Assembly (NCBI GenBank): GCA_964016885.1
Contig: OZ024752.1
Location: 7,130,001 to 7,194,000 of the forward strand
Reading direction: 5' to 3'
Length of the DNA stretch: 64,000 bases
From: Eledone cirrhosa
Taxonomy: Eukaryota
A program made the position numbers and the translations under genes. Positions 53,500 through 64,000 of the stretch are shown in pieces (the first letter of the stretch is position 1; the number at the start of each line of letters is the position of its first letter). The notes below the pieces were generated by a model. That model was given only the letters and a program-made list of their open reading frames with translations. It had not been told where the DNA came from and made no database searches.

Positions 53500-54562
53500 A
53501 CATTACACCACCACCACCACTGACACCCTGACACCTCCACCACTGACACAACATATCATTGTCATCACCTCCACCACCAACAGTACTAGCACTACTATCA
53601 TCAACACCAACACCACCACCACCACCAACACCAACACAGTCACCACCACCACTGAAACCGTCATCGACACCACCACCAACACTACCATCACCAACACCAC
53701 CACCACCAACACTATCATCACCAACACCTACACCACCACCCCCAACAGTGTCATGACAACACCAACACCGTCACCACCACCACCAACACTATCATCACCA
53801 ACACCAACACCACCAACACTATCATCACCAACACCACCATCACCACCAACACCACCAACACTATCATCACCAACACCACCATCACCACCACCACAACCAA
53901 CACTATCATCACAAACACCAACACCACCACCACCAACACTATCATCACCAACACCACCACCACCACCAACACTATCATCACCAACACCACCACCACCACC
54001 AATACTATCATCACCACCACCACCACCACCACCAATACCACCACCCCCAACAGTGTCATCACAACACCAACACCGTCATCACAACACTGTCGTCATCACA
54101 ACACCAACACCACCAACACTATCATCACCAACACCACCAACACTATCATCACCAACACCACCACCACCAACACTATCATCACCAACACCACCACCACCAC
54201 CAACACTATCACCACCACCACCACCGTCATCACAACACCAACACCATCATCACAACACCAACACCGTCATCACAACACCAACACCATCATCAAAACACCA
54301 ACACTGTCGTCATCACAACACCAACACCGTCATCACAACACCAACACTGTCATCACAACACCAACACCATCATCACAACACCAACACCGTCATCACAACA
54401 CCAACACCGTCATCACAACACCAACACCATCATCACAACACCAACACCGTCATCACAACACTGTCATCATCACAACACCAACACCGTCATCACAACACTG
54501 TTGTCATCACAACACCAACACCGTCATCACAACACCAACACCGTCATCACAACACCAACACA
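53500..54562. repeat. CAC/CAA/CAT trinucleotide-derived tract, with ~21-bp periodicity distally
   Basis: Low complexity; source of the 393-aa T/P/H-rich ORF. Confidence 0.9.
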
Positions 54563-54739
54563 AGCTCCAAGGATTTACTACAATTATGATTGCATTAAGA
54601 TGGTATTTATAACACAATAAAATGTTCTTAAATAAAATTATGATGGAAAAAGTTTAGATATTTGTATCGATGGACTTGTCACCCTGGATGGAGTTGTAGG
54701 GGCCCTCTATAGATATATAGCATTTCTAGGGCTTTTTAA

Positions 54740-56529
54740 CCCTTTAGCATTTAAACCAGCCATATCCAACCAAAATTCTCTCACTTCTTCCTGTTCAAAT
54801 CGGCCATAACCGGCTGCCCATACTTATGTTAGGTATTGTTCTCAAAATAAAAATATCAAAATCTCATAGATTCGATATTATGTGAGGTAAAGCCTTTACT
54901 GTGAAAATACAATAGTATATATAGAGTAATGTAAATGTTATGTGAGATATTATGTGAGGTAAAGCCTTTACTGTGAAAATACAATAGTATATATAGAGTA
55001 ATGTAAATGTTATGTGAGATATTATGTGAGGTAAAGACTTTACTGTGAAAATACAATAGTATATATAGAGTAATGTAAATATTGTGTGAGATATTATGTG
55101 AGGTAAAGACTTTACTGTGAAAATACAATAGTATATATAGAGTAATGTAAATGTTATGTGAGATATTATGTGAAGTAAAGCCTTTACTGTGAAAATACAA
55201 TAGTATATATAGAGTAATGTAAATGTTATGTGAGATATTATGTGAAGTAAAGCCTTTACTGTGAAAATACAATAGTATATATAGAGTAATGTAAATGTTA
55301 TGTAAGATATTATGTGAAGTAAAGCCTTTACTGTGAAAATACAATAGTATATATAGAGTAATCTAAATGTTATGTAAGATATTATGTGAAGTAAAGCCTT
55401 TACTGTGAAAATACAATAGTATATATAGAGTAATGTAAATGTTATGTGAGATATTATGTGAGGTAAAGCCTTTACTGTGAAAATACAATAGTATATATAG
55501 AGTAATCTAAATGTTATGTAAGATATTATGTGAGGTAAAGCCTTTACTGTGAAAATACAATAGTATATATAGAGTAATCTAAATGTTATGTAAGATATTA
55601 TGTGAAGTAAAGCCTTTACTGTGAAAATACAATAGTATATATAGAGTAATGTAAATGTTATGTGAGATATTATGTGAGGTAAAGCCTTTACTGTGAAAAT
55701 ATAATAGTATATATAGAGTAATGTAAATGTTATGTGAGGTATTATGTGAGGTAAAGCCTTTACTGTGACAATACAATAGTATATATAGAGTAATGTAAAT
55801 GTTATGTGAGATATTATGTGAGGTAAAGCCTTTACTGTGAAAATACAATAGTATATATAGAGTAATGTAAATGTTATGTGAGATATTATGTGAGGTAAAG
55901 CCTTTACTGTGAAAATACAATAGTATATATAGAGTAATGTAAATGTTATGTAAGATATTATGTGAAGTAAAGCCTTTACTGTGAAAATACAATAGTATAT
56001 ATAGAGTAATGTAAATATTATGTGAGATATTATGTGAAGTAAAGCCTTTACTGTGAAAATACAATAGTATATATAGAGTAAGGTAAATGTTATGTGAGAT
56101 ATTATGTGAGGTAAAGCCTTTACTGTGACAATACAATAGTATATATAGAGTAATGTAAATGTTATGTAAGATATTATGTGAAGTAAAGCCTTTACTGTGA
56201 AAATACAATAGTATATATAGAGTAATGTAAATATTATGTGAGATATTATGTGAGGTAAAGCCTTTACTGTGAAAATACAATAGTATATATAGAGTAAGGT
56301 AAATGTTATGTGAGATATTATGTGAAGTAAAGCCTTTACTGTGAAAATACAATAGTATATACAGAGTAATGTAAATGTTATGTGAGATATTATGTGAAGT
56401 AAAGCCTTTACTGTGAAAATACAATAGTATATACAGAGTAATGTAAATGTTATGTGAGATATTATGTGAGGTAAAGCCTTTACTGTGAAAATACAATAGT
56501 ATATATAGAGTAATGTAAATGTTAAAGGG
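54740..56529 (+). mobile_element. piggyBac-type MITE family A, copy 7, with ~23 tandem 72-bp units
   Basis: TTAA|CCCTTTAGCATTTA at 54736; TAAATGTTAAAGGG|TTAA ending at 56533; exact 72-bp periodicity. Confidence 0.93.
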
Positions 56530-57359
56530 TTAAACCTGGTAGAGCTCATCCCTCTCCAGGTTTCAATACAGCAGATTTCTTCGAGAGAAAGATAGAGAGA
56601 GAGAGAGAATGTAAGTAAGAAAGAGATATAGAGAAAGAATCGGTCTCAGTACTTAACTGGTACTTTTTTATCAACCTTGAATGGATGAAAGGCAAAGTTG
56701 TTAATTCTGCACATATGTGTATTATTTGCACCATAGTGGTATTATTTCTGGCATACAGGTGTCCTGCAACAGGTAAATATATCTTATCTCTCTTGCCATG
56801 GAATAGAAATCCTCTCTGAACTTGAATTTGTGGACAAAGCACACAACTCACTAATTTGCAAAACATTCTTGTGATTCAATGGATGACAATTTCTTTTCTT
56901 TTACAACCTTGCCACCAGGGAGGTGGCCAGTCAAAAATATACTCAAAATTAAGAGAAAGAGAACATACATACATACATTCTGACATACATACATACATGC
57001 TGACATGGTGGCTGCCAACTCGTTTTCGAGTACGGCCACTACTTTATATCCATGTAGGAGAACCCCTACCGATGCGCTGAACGAGTGTGACATTTTAGTC
57101 CAGCCAGCGACTTGAAAACTCTGGTACAAACACTACACTTGTGACAATTATTGACACATAGTGCTGGGCCCTTGGTACCATGTGATGACAAGTGCATAGA
57201 GATCTCCAGATATAAAGCAATGCCTGTGCCATGAAGCTTTTATAGTGAGCAAAGGCACTGCACAAAGCCAGTCCCACTCTCTTAACCAAGATGATATTTA
57301 CCAAAAAGAAGAACAAGTCAACATCATTGGATACCATCAGGGTTGCAGGTGTTATATCA

Positions 57360-57610
57360 GAGTTTTCCTTCTCCTAGAATTCTGCCTTGACAAAGGCTAA
57401 GGGGTCATCTCTCCCGGTGATTTTGGATGGCCATTGACTCTTAAGAGCTCCTTTGCCCTTTGACAGGTTTTGTTTTTAGTCCTGCAGGATGTCCAAAGTC
57501 ACCCTCCTCACCAAGAAACCTTGGTGGGGTTGCCAGTTTAGTCGCCAATGACCCGACCATGAGACAGGTTGTACTGGAATACATGTTACCAGTAGCACCA
57601 ACTGGTGACC
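57360..57610 (-). mobile_element. Probable RTE-type LINE 5' UTR or related SINE fragment
   Basis: GC-richer segment with minus-strand GGCGACTAAACTGGCAACCCCACC and CTAGGAGAAGGAAAACT motifs recalled from RTE 5' regions; not verified. Confidence 0.45.
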
Positions 57611-57614
57611 TGAC

Positions 57615-58478
57615 ATATACATACATACATACACATATACATGCACATATACACACACTCACATGCATGCACACACATACATGCATATAGTTATATATAC
57701 ATGCATACACATATATACACATACTAAGGACGGTGCCCCAGCATGCCCTCAGCCAGATGGCTGGAACAGGTAAAAAAGTAAAAGAGTACACACACACAGA
57801 TACATACTTGTACATATATACACACACATATATACACATACACCCACATACATATAAACACAGACATACACACACACACGCACACACATGCAAACACACA
57901 CACACACATACGCACATACATATAAACACCGACATACATACACACACACACTCACATGCACACACACACGTTTATACATGCACACGGACATACATACACA
58001 CCACATACACACATAAACACGGATATACATACACACACACACACACATATACACACGCACACACATACATACACACACACATACACATAAACATGGATAT
58101 ACATTCACACACACACATATACACACGTACACACACACATACACACATTTATACATGCACACGGACATACATACACACATAAACACGGATATACATACAC
58201 ACACATTTATACATGCACACGGACATGCATACACACATAAACACGGATATACATACACACACACACATTTATACATGCACACGGACATACATACACACAT
58301 ACACACATAAACACGGATATACATACACACACACACATATACACACACACATTTATACATGCACACGGACATACATACACACATACACACATAAACACGG
58401 ATATACATACACACACACACATATACACACACACATTTATACATGCACACGGACATACATACACACATAAACACGGAT

Positions 58479-58509
<31 letters not shown>

Positions 58510-58520
58510 CACATACATAT
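57615..58520. repeat. (CA)n/(TA)n compound tract with larger repeated units
   Basis: Low complexity; recurring ACATGCACACGGACATAC and ACATAAACACGGATATAC blocks. Confidence 0.92.
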
Positions 58521-58730
58521 GATCATTGTTATTTAAAACTAAGATTTAGATATGAAAATCAATTTCCATTTCATAAGCAATCACTGATAGAATCTCTTCG
58601 GTGCTTCTTGGAGTGGAATAATGTTTAGAAATGTCTAACTGAAGCCATGGAAGATTCTTAGTTTTAGAAATTGGCATTTTTGAAATTGAATTCTTCCTGT
58701 TGAGTAACTTCATGCTCAACTGAAGATAAC

Positions 58731-59122
58731 TTGTTTAAGGTATTGTCTCACACCTGTACAGGTGTCATATCTGTTACACAGTTGAAGAACCTAACAACAC
58801 CTCCTGCACTTAACTCACAACAAAGTCATTGTTTAAGGTATTGTCTCACACCTGTACAGGTGTCATATCTGTTGCACAGTTGAAGAACCTAACAACACCT
58901 CCTGCACTTAACTCACAACAAAGTCATTGTTTAAGGTATTGTCTCACACCTGTACAGGTGTCATATCTGTTGCACAGTTGAAGAACCTAACAACACCTCC
59001 TGCACTTAACTCACAACAAAGTCATTGTTTAAGGTATTGTCTCACACCTGTACAGGTGTCATTTCTGTTGCACAGTTGAAGAACCTAACAACACCTCCTG
59101 CACTTAACTCACAACAAAGTCA
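58731..59122. repeat. 98-bp unit x4, each with the 16-bp palindrome ACACCTGTACAGGTGT
   Basis: Unit starts at 58731, 58829, 58927 and 59025. Confidence 0.95.
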
Positions 59123-59182
59123 CTGATTTATTGATATTCGGAATTAACTCATTGTTTTAATAGAATTATGATGGAAGGTGTT

Positions 59183-59715
59183 GGATTGGCAAAATCGGTA
59201 GAGCGTCGGACACTATGTTGTGCAGTATAGAGTTACGGCCCTTTACGTTCTGAGTTCAAATCTCGCCGGGGTTAACTTTGCTTTTCATCTTTACAGGGTC
59301 GAGATAATAAAGTACCAGGTTGGCAGTATCGGTAGAGGGTTGGACGCCATGCTTTCTAGCATAGTTACGTCCCTTTACAGTCTGAGTTCAAATCCCGCCG
59401 GGGTTAGCTTTGCCTTTCATCTTTACAGGGTACCAGTAACACACTGGGGTCGATTTAATCGACTTTCCCCTCCCCTCAAATTGCTGGCCTTGTGCCTATA
59501 GTAGAAACCAATATTATATAAAATCAAGGGCAGTGGATTGGCAGAATCGGTAGAGTGTCAGACAACGTTTTGTGACATAGAGTTACGTCCCTTTACATTC
59601 TGAGTGGAAATCCTATCACGTTTAGCTTTTCTTTAATCCTGGTCAATAAAATAAAGTAACAGTAATGTACTGGAGGAGATTTAATCCAGTTTTCCCTCCT
59701 ATAAAATTGTTGGTC
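59183..59715 (+). mobile_element. Head-to-tail cluster of three tRNA-derived SINE copies
   Basis: A-box-like TGGCA(G/A)..TCGG heads at ~59186, ~59321 and ~59539, each followed by B-box and core. Confidence 0.85.
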
Positions 59716-59764
59716 ATATCTGTCTTGAATGAACAGAGATAACTTGGCGTAAAGAGATCTGTTT

Positions 59765-60560
59765 AATAATAATAATGAAATTATTGTGTAAAGTGCTCAG
59801 GTGCACTACAACTCGTCAAAGGTGTATGTATAGTACATAGAATAATATACAAATGTCAGGGAAGTGAATAGTGTATGAGTCATGGTATACATGTGTGTAT
59901 GTGTATGGAGGGGGAACATTAGGTGTAGTGTTGGCGGATCTTGGGAAGCATGGAGGCCTTAAAGGATGCAGTGTCTCGACAACTAACAACTGATGCAGGT
60001 AGTTTGTTCCATGCTTCAGCAACTCTGAGCGTGAAAAAATGTTTCCGAAAGTTATGGGAACTGTGCTGTTTTCTGACTTTGTGGGCATGCCCACGTGTGT
60101 TAGACACATGGAAATCAAAAAGGTACTCAGGGTTGTTGTTGGCAAGATGGTTAACAATTTTGTGGGTGTTTATCAAGTCAGTTGCCCAGGGAAGCAAGGC
60201 GCTCAGAGTATGGTAGATGCCTGATGGAGGGTATTCGCTTGGTTGTACGTCTCTGAACAGTTTCCAGGTGGTCAATGTTCTGAGCAAGATAGGGATTCCA
60301 GACTGGTGATGCAAATTCTAAGTGTGGCCGCACCATAGCCATGTACAACCTTAAATAGATAGCTGGAGAGCGGCTGACAAAGGTCTTGCTGAGTGATGCT
60401 AAGACACCCTCGGCCCTCTTGACAATTTTAGAGACGTGCTTCGTCCAACGCAAATCGCTGCTGACCGTAATGCCCAGGTCACGTTCACAAGAAGACTTCT
60501 TGATATTAGTGCTGTGGGGTGAGTATGTGGACGCTGGGTTTTTAGTGATGTCGGGGGTAA
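59765..60560 (-). mobile_element. 5'-truncated CR1-clade LINE (ORF2 C-terminus, 3' UTR, (ATT)n tail)
   Basis: ERDLGITVSSDLRWTKHV..LYMAMVRPHLEFASPVWNPY..LETVQRRTTKRI..YSERLASLG, then frameshift/deletion, then TRGHAHK..RKHFFTLRVAEAWNKLPASVV..SFK; characteristic CR1 C-terminal motifs. Confidence 0.92.
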
Positions 60561-61376
60561 ATGAACCTCCCTTGTGCTGGTGCCATGTTAAAGTATACCA
60601 CATACAATGTGTAAAACGTCTTTAACTGTATATTCCTTACATCACTGCATTAATACAGCACAGATCTGTAAAAACTGTGCAGATGTTATATATATAAAAA
60701 TGTTTGATATTTTTAGAAAGTCATTTGAAGGTTTACAACTTACCAAACTAGTTACTAATAGAACTTTGAATTGATGAGATATTTCCCACAGTATTTCTCT
60801 AACCAAATTGGAATAACTTTATTTCCAGATCCTCTCTCATACATAATAACTAAACAGTGCAATTATATATGTGAATGCTTTAGTAATTAAAATGAATTGA
60901 ACAGAGAAACCTAATTAGCATTTTGTTTTCCTTCTCAGGATAACAAAAAACTATAGTTTTAGATAAAAGAAATACGTAAAGGATATGGTGCTTTCTTTCT
61001 TCAACTTCTTACAAAAGATGTCTTGTTTGGAAAGCTCCATGCAATGTATTCAATATTTCTGCATTTAATTCTCAGCTTTAGTATTGTTCTGTCAATTCTG
61101 GGAGTTACTGTATAAGCATTCATAGCATGCCTCTGGTCAGAAAATTTCTGTGAATTGTGTTAAAGCTATTTCTAATCTTTCAAGAATCAAGAAACTAAGT
61201 TAACCCTTTTGATACGAACTGAAATAATTAGTAAGGTTTTAAGCTACCAAAAAACTGTAATGATGGTAGTCATAGCAACCAAGAAATTCATTAATTATAT
61301 AACAGGTACGCTGAAGAAGGTTTGAGGCTTCCTTTTCAGGTATTTTTAATTGGCCTACATAACTGTCACTCTAATA

Positions 61377-62237
61377 CAGAGGTACTCAAAGTGAGCCCTA
61401 CCGCCCCCTAGGGGGGGGGGGGGAAGGCCCAGAGGGATGCTGGGGTCTAAGGGGTGGTGGGGTGGTAGAGATGATATAATAGTATATTAAACATCAAATA
61501 ATACATATTATATATAAATATAGTTAAATAAAATATGTAATATTTATTTATACATAGTATGTATTATATTATTTATTATATATAAACTTTGCCTTTGATC
61601 CTTACGGGGTCGATAAAATAAAGTACCAGTAATACACTGGGTAATTGGTGGCCTTGTGCCAAAAGTAGAAACAATTATTTATTGTAAATAAATTAACGAT
61701 TTAATTTATTATATATTATTTACAATTTGTGTGTAGGGAGTTCTCTCTGGAAATAGGGGTGGTGTATTACGTGGTAGTGAGGGGGGTGAGGGTATTACGT
61801 GGCTGTGGGAGAGGGTATTACGTGATCGGGAGGGGGGTGAGGGCGTTATGTGGCCGTGGGGGGGGGGGGGGTATTATGTGGTCGTGGGGGTGAGGGTATT
61901 ACGTGGTCGTGAGGGGGGGTGGGGGTATTACGTGGTCGTGAGGGGGGGGGGGGGGTTATTACGTGGTCGCGAGGGGGGGGGGGGTATTACGTGGTCGTGA
62001 GGGGGTGAGGGCATTACGTAGTAGTGAGGGGGTGAGGGTATTATGTGGTCGTGAGGGGGGTGAGGGTATTACGTGGTCGTGAGGGGGGTGAGGGTATTAC
62101 GTGGTCGTGAGGGGGGTGAGGGCATTACGTAGTAGTGAGGGGGGTGAGGGTATTACGTGGTCGTGAGGGGGTGAGGGTATTACGTGGTCGTGAGGGGGTG
62201 AGGGTATTATGTGGTCGTGAGGGGGGTGAGGGTATTA
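61377..62237 (+). mobile_element. hAT-like MITE family C with a nested SINE fragment (61585-61681) and an expanded G-rich ~27-28-bp minisatellite (~17 units, 61765-62237)
   Basis: Left end CAGAGGTACTCAAAG; internal sequence shared with 49477-49640; right TIR missing. Confidence 0.6.
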
Positions 62238-62632
62238 TTTGTTGTTTTGTTGTTTTGTTGTTTTGAGGAAACAAAGAGACATTGTCAGGTGTGTTTATAT
62301 GTACATGTGTATATGTGTGTATATATATATGTGTGTGTGTGTGTATAAATGTATATATATATGTGTGTGTGTGTGTGTGTATGTATGTGTGTGTATATAT
62401 ATATGTGCGTGTCATATGTATATATATATATGTGTGTGTGTATAAATATATATATGTGTGTGTGTGTTTGTGTATATATATATATATATGTGTGTCATAT
62501 ATATATTTATATATATGTGTGTGTCATATATATATATATAAAGATCAATAAAATACTCCACTGAAATATGTTCTAGAGTTGATATGATTAACTTAAAGCC
62601 CAAAATAACAAAAATTCTTATAGGCAGGTGTC

Positions 62633-63700
62633 TGACTGTCCCACCATCCCACCATCCCACCACCCAACTGTCCCACCGTGCCACCACCCAACTGTCCCAC
62701 CGTCCCACCGTCCCACCGTCCCACCACCCAACAGTCCCACCACCCAACTGTCCCACCCCCAACTGTCCCACCATCCAACTGTCCCACCATCCCACCGTCC
62801 CACCACCCAACAGTACCACCATCCCACCATCCCACCACCCAACTGTCCCACCACCCAACTGTCACACCACCCAACAGTCCCACCGTCCCACCACCCAACT
62901 GTCCCACCGTCCCACCATCCCACCACCCAACAGTCCCACCATCCCACCACCCAACAGCCCCACCGTCCCACCGTCCCACCATCCCACCGTCCCACCACCC
63001 AACTGTCCCACTGTCCCACCACCCAACTGTCCCACTGTCCCACCATCCCACCACCCAACAGTCCCACCGTCCCACCGTCCCACCGTCCCACCACCCAACT
63101 GTCCCACCATCCCACCACCCAACTGTCCCACCATCCCACCACCCAACTGTCCCACCATCCCACCGTCCCACCACCCAACTGTCCCACCGTCCCACCACCC
63201 AACTGTCCCACCACCCACCGTCCCACCACCCAACAGTCCCACCACCCACCATCCCACCACCCAACTGTCCCACCATCCCAACAGTCCCACCACCCAACTG
63301 TCCCACCATCCCACCACCCAACAGTCCCACCACCCAACTGTCCCACCGTCCCACCATCCAACTGTCCCACCGTCCCACTACCCAACAGTCCCACCACCCA
63401 ACTGTCCCACCATCCCACCACCCAACTGTCCCACCGTCCCACCACCCAACTGTCCCACCGTCCCACCACCCAACTGTCCCACCGTCCCACTACCCAACAG
63501 TCCCACCACCCAACTGTCCCACCATCCCACCACCCAACTGTCCCACCGTCCCACCACCCAACTGTCCCACCGTCCCACCACCCAACTGTCCCACCGTCCC
63601 ACCGTCCCACCACCCAACTGTCCCACCGTCCCACTACCCAACAGTCCCACCACCCAACTGTCCCACCGTCCCACCACCCAACTGTCCCACCGTCTCACCA
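62633..63700. repeat. C-rich compound minisatellite built from 8-bp modules (CCACCGTC, CCACCATC, CCACCAC-CCAACTGTC)
   Basis: Direct inspection; source of the P/T/H- and G/W-rich ORFs. Confidence 0.95.
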
Positions 63701-64000
63701 TCTGAGCAGGGAGAAGTGGACAGAAAATAATGATGATATATATACAAACATATGTAAGTAGAATATAACAAGTACAATAAGGACATGACAATGGTGTGTG
63801 TATGTGTGTCTGTATGTATGTGTATGTGTGTGTGTGTCTGTGTGTGTGTGTGTGTATGTGTGAGTGTATGTGTGTATGTGTGTGGATGAGTTTGTGTGTA
63901 TGTGCGTGTGTGGATGTGGATGTGTGTGTGTGTGTGTGTGTATGTGTGTGTGTATGTATGTGTGTGTGTATGTGTGTATGTATGTGTGTGTATGTGTGTA

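Noticed and set aside
53408-54589. 393-aa extensin/mucin-like ORF
   Set aside because: Trinucleotide-derived repeat whose register shifts between T-, P- and H-rich frames, typical of non-coding simple repeats
62584-63791. Pro-rich and Gly/Trp-rich ORFs in all six frames
   Set aside because: Artefact of a stop-free C-rich minisatellite

Overview
AT-rich, repeat-dominated animal genomic DNA. The SINE/RTE/CR1/microsatellite landscape suggests an octopus or other cephalopod (inference). The only well-supported host gene sequence is the first coding exon of a MAGI-family scaffold gene (PDZ0 domain, minus strand, 43336-43786), with a CpG-richer promoter-like region at about 44.6-45.3 kb. I found no second MAGI exon, so positions 1-43335 are probably a large intron. 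The rest is tandem arrays (units of 20-98 bp), micro/trinucleotide tracts, tRNA-derived SINEs and 3' fragments of RTE and CR1 LINEs. There is also a split Penelope-like RT remnant and several non-autonomous DNA transposons. The most notable pattern is that MITEs act as cradles of satellite DNA. Seven copies of a piggyBac-type MITE (six with TTAA on both sides) carry from 1 to about 23 copies of a 72-bp subterminal unit that ends inside the TIR. A hAT-type MITE encloses a 3.7-kb array of 55-bp units, and a second hAT family shows about 2 versus about 17 internal units. Nested insertions can be read base by base: a MITE in a Penelope-like RT, an RTE in a MITE TIR, and a MITE in another MITE. Almost all long ORFs in the supplied track are translations of repeats. 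Everything was read by eye, so copy numbers and many boundaries are approximate.
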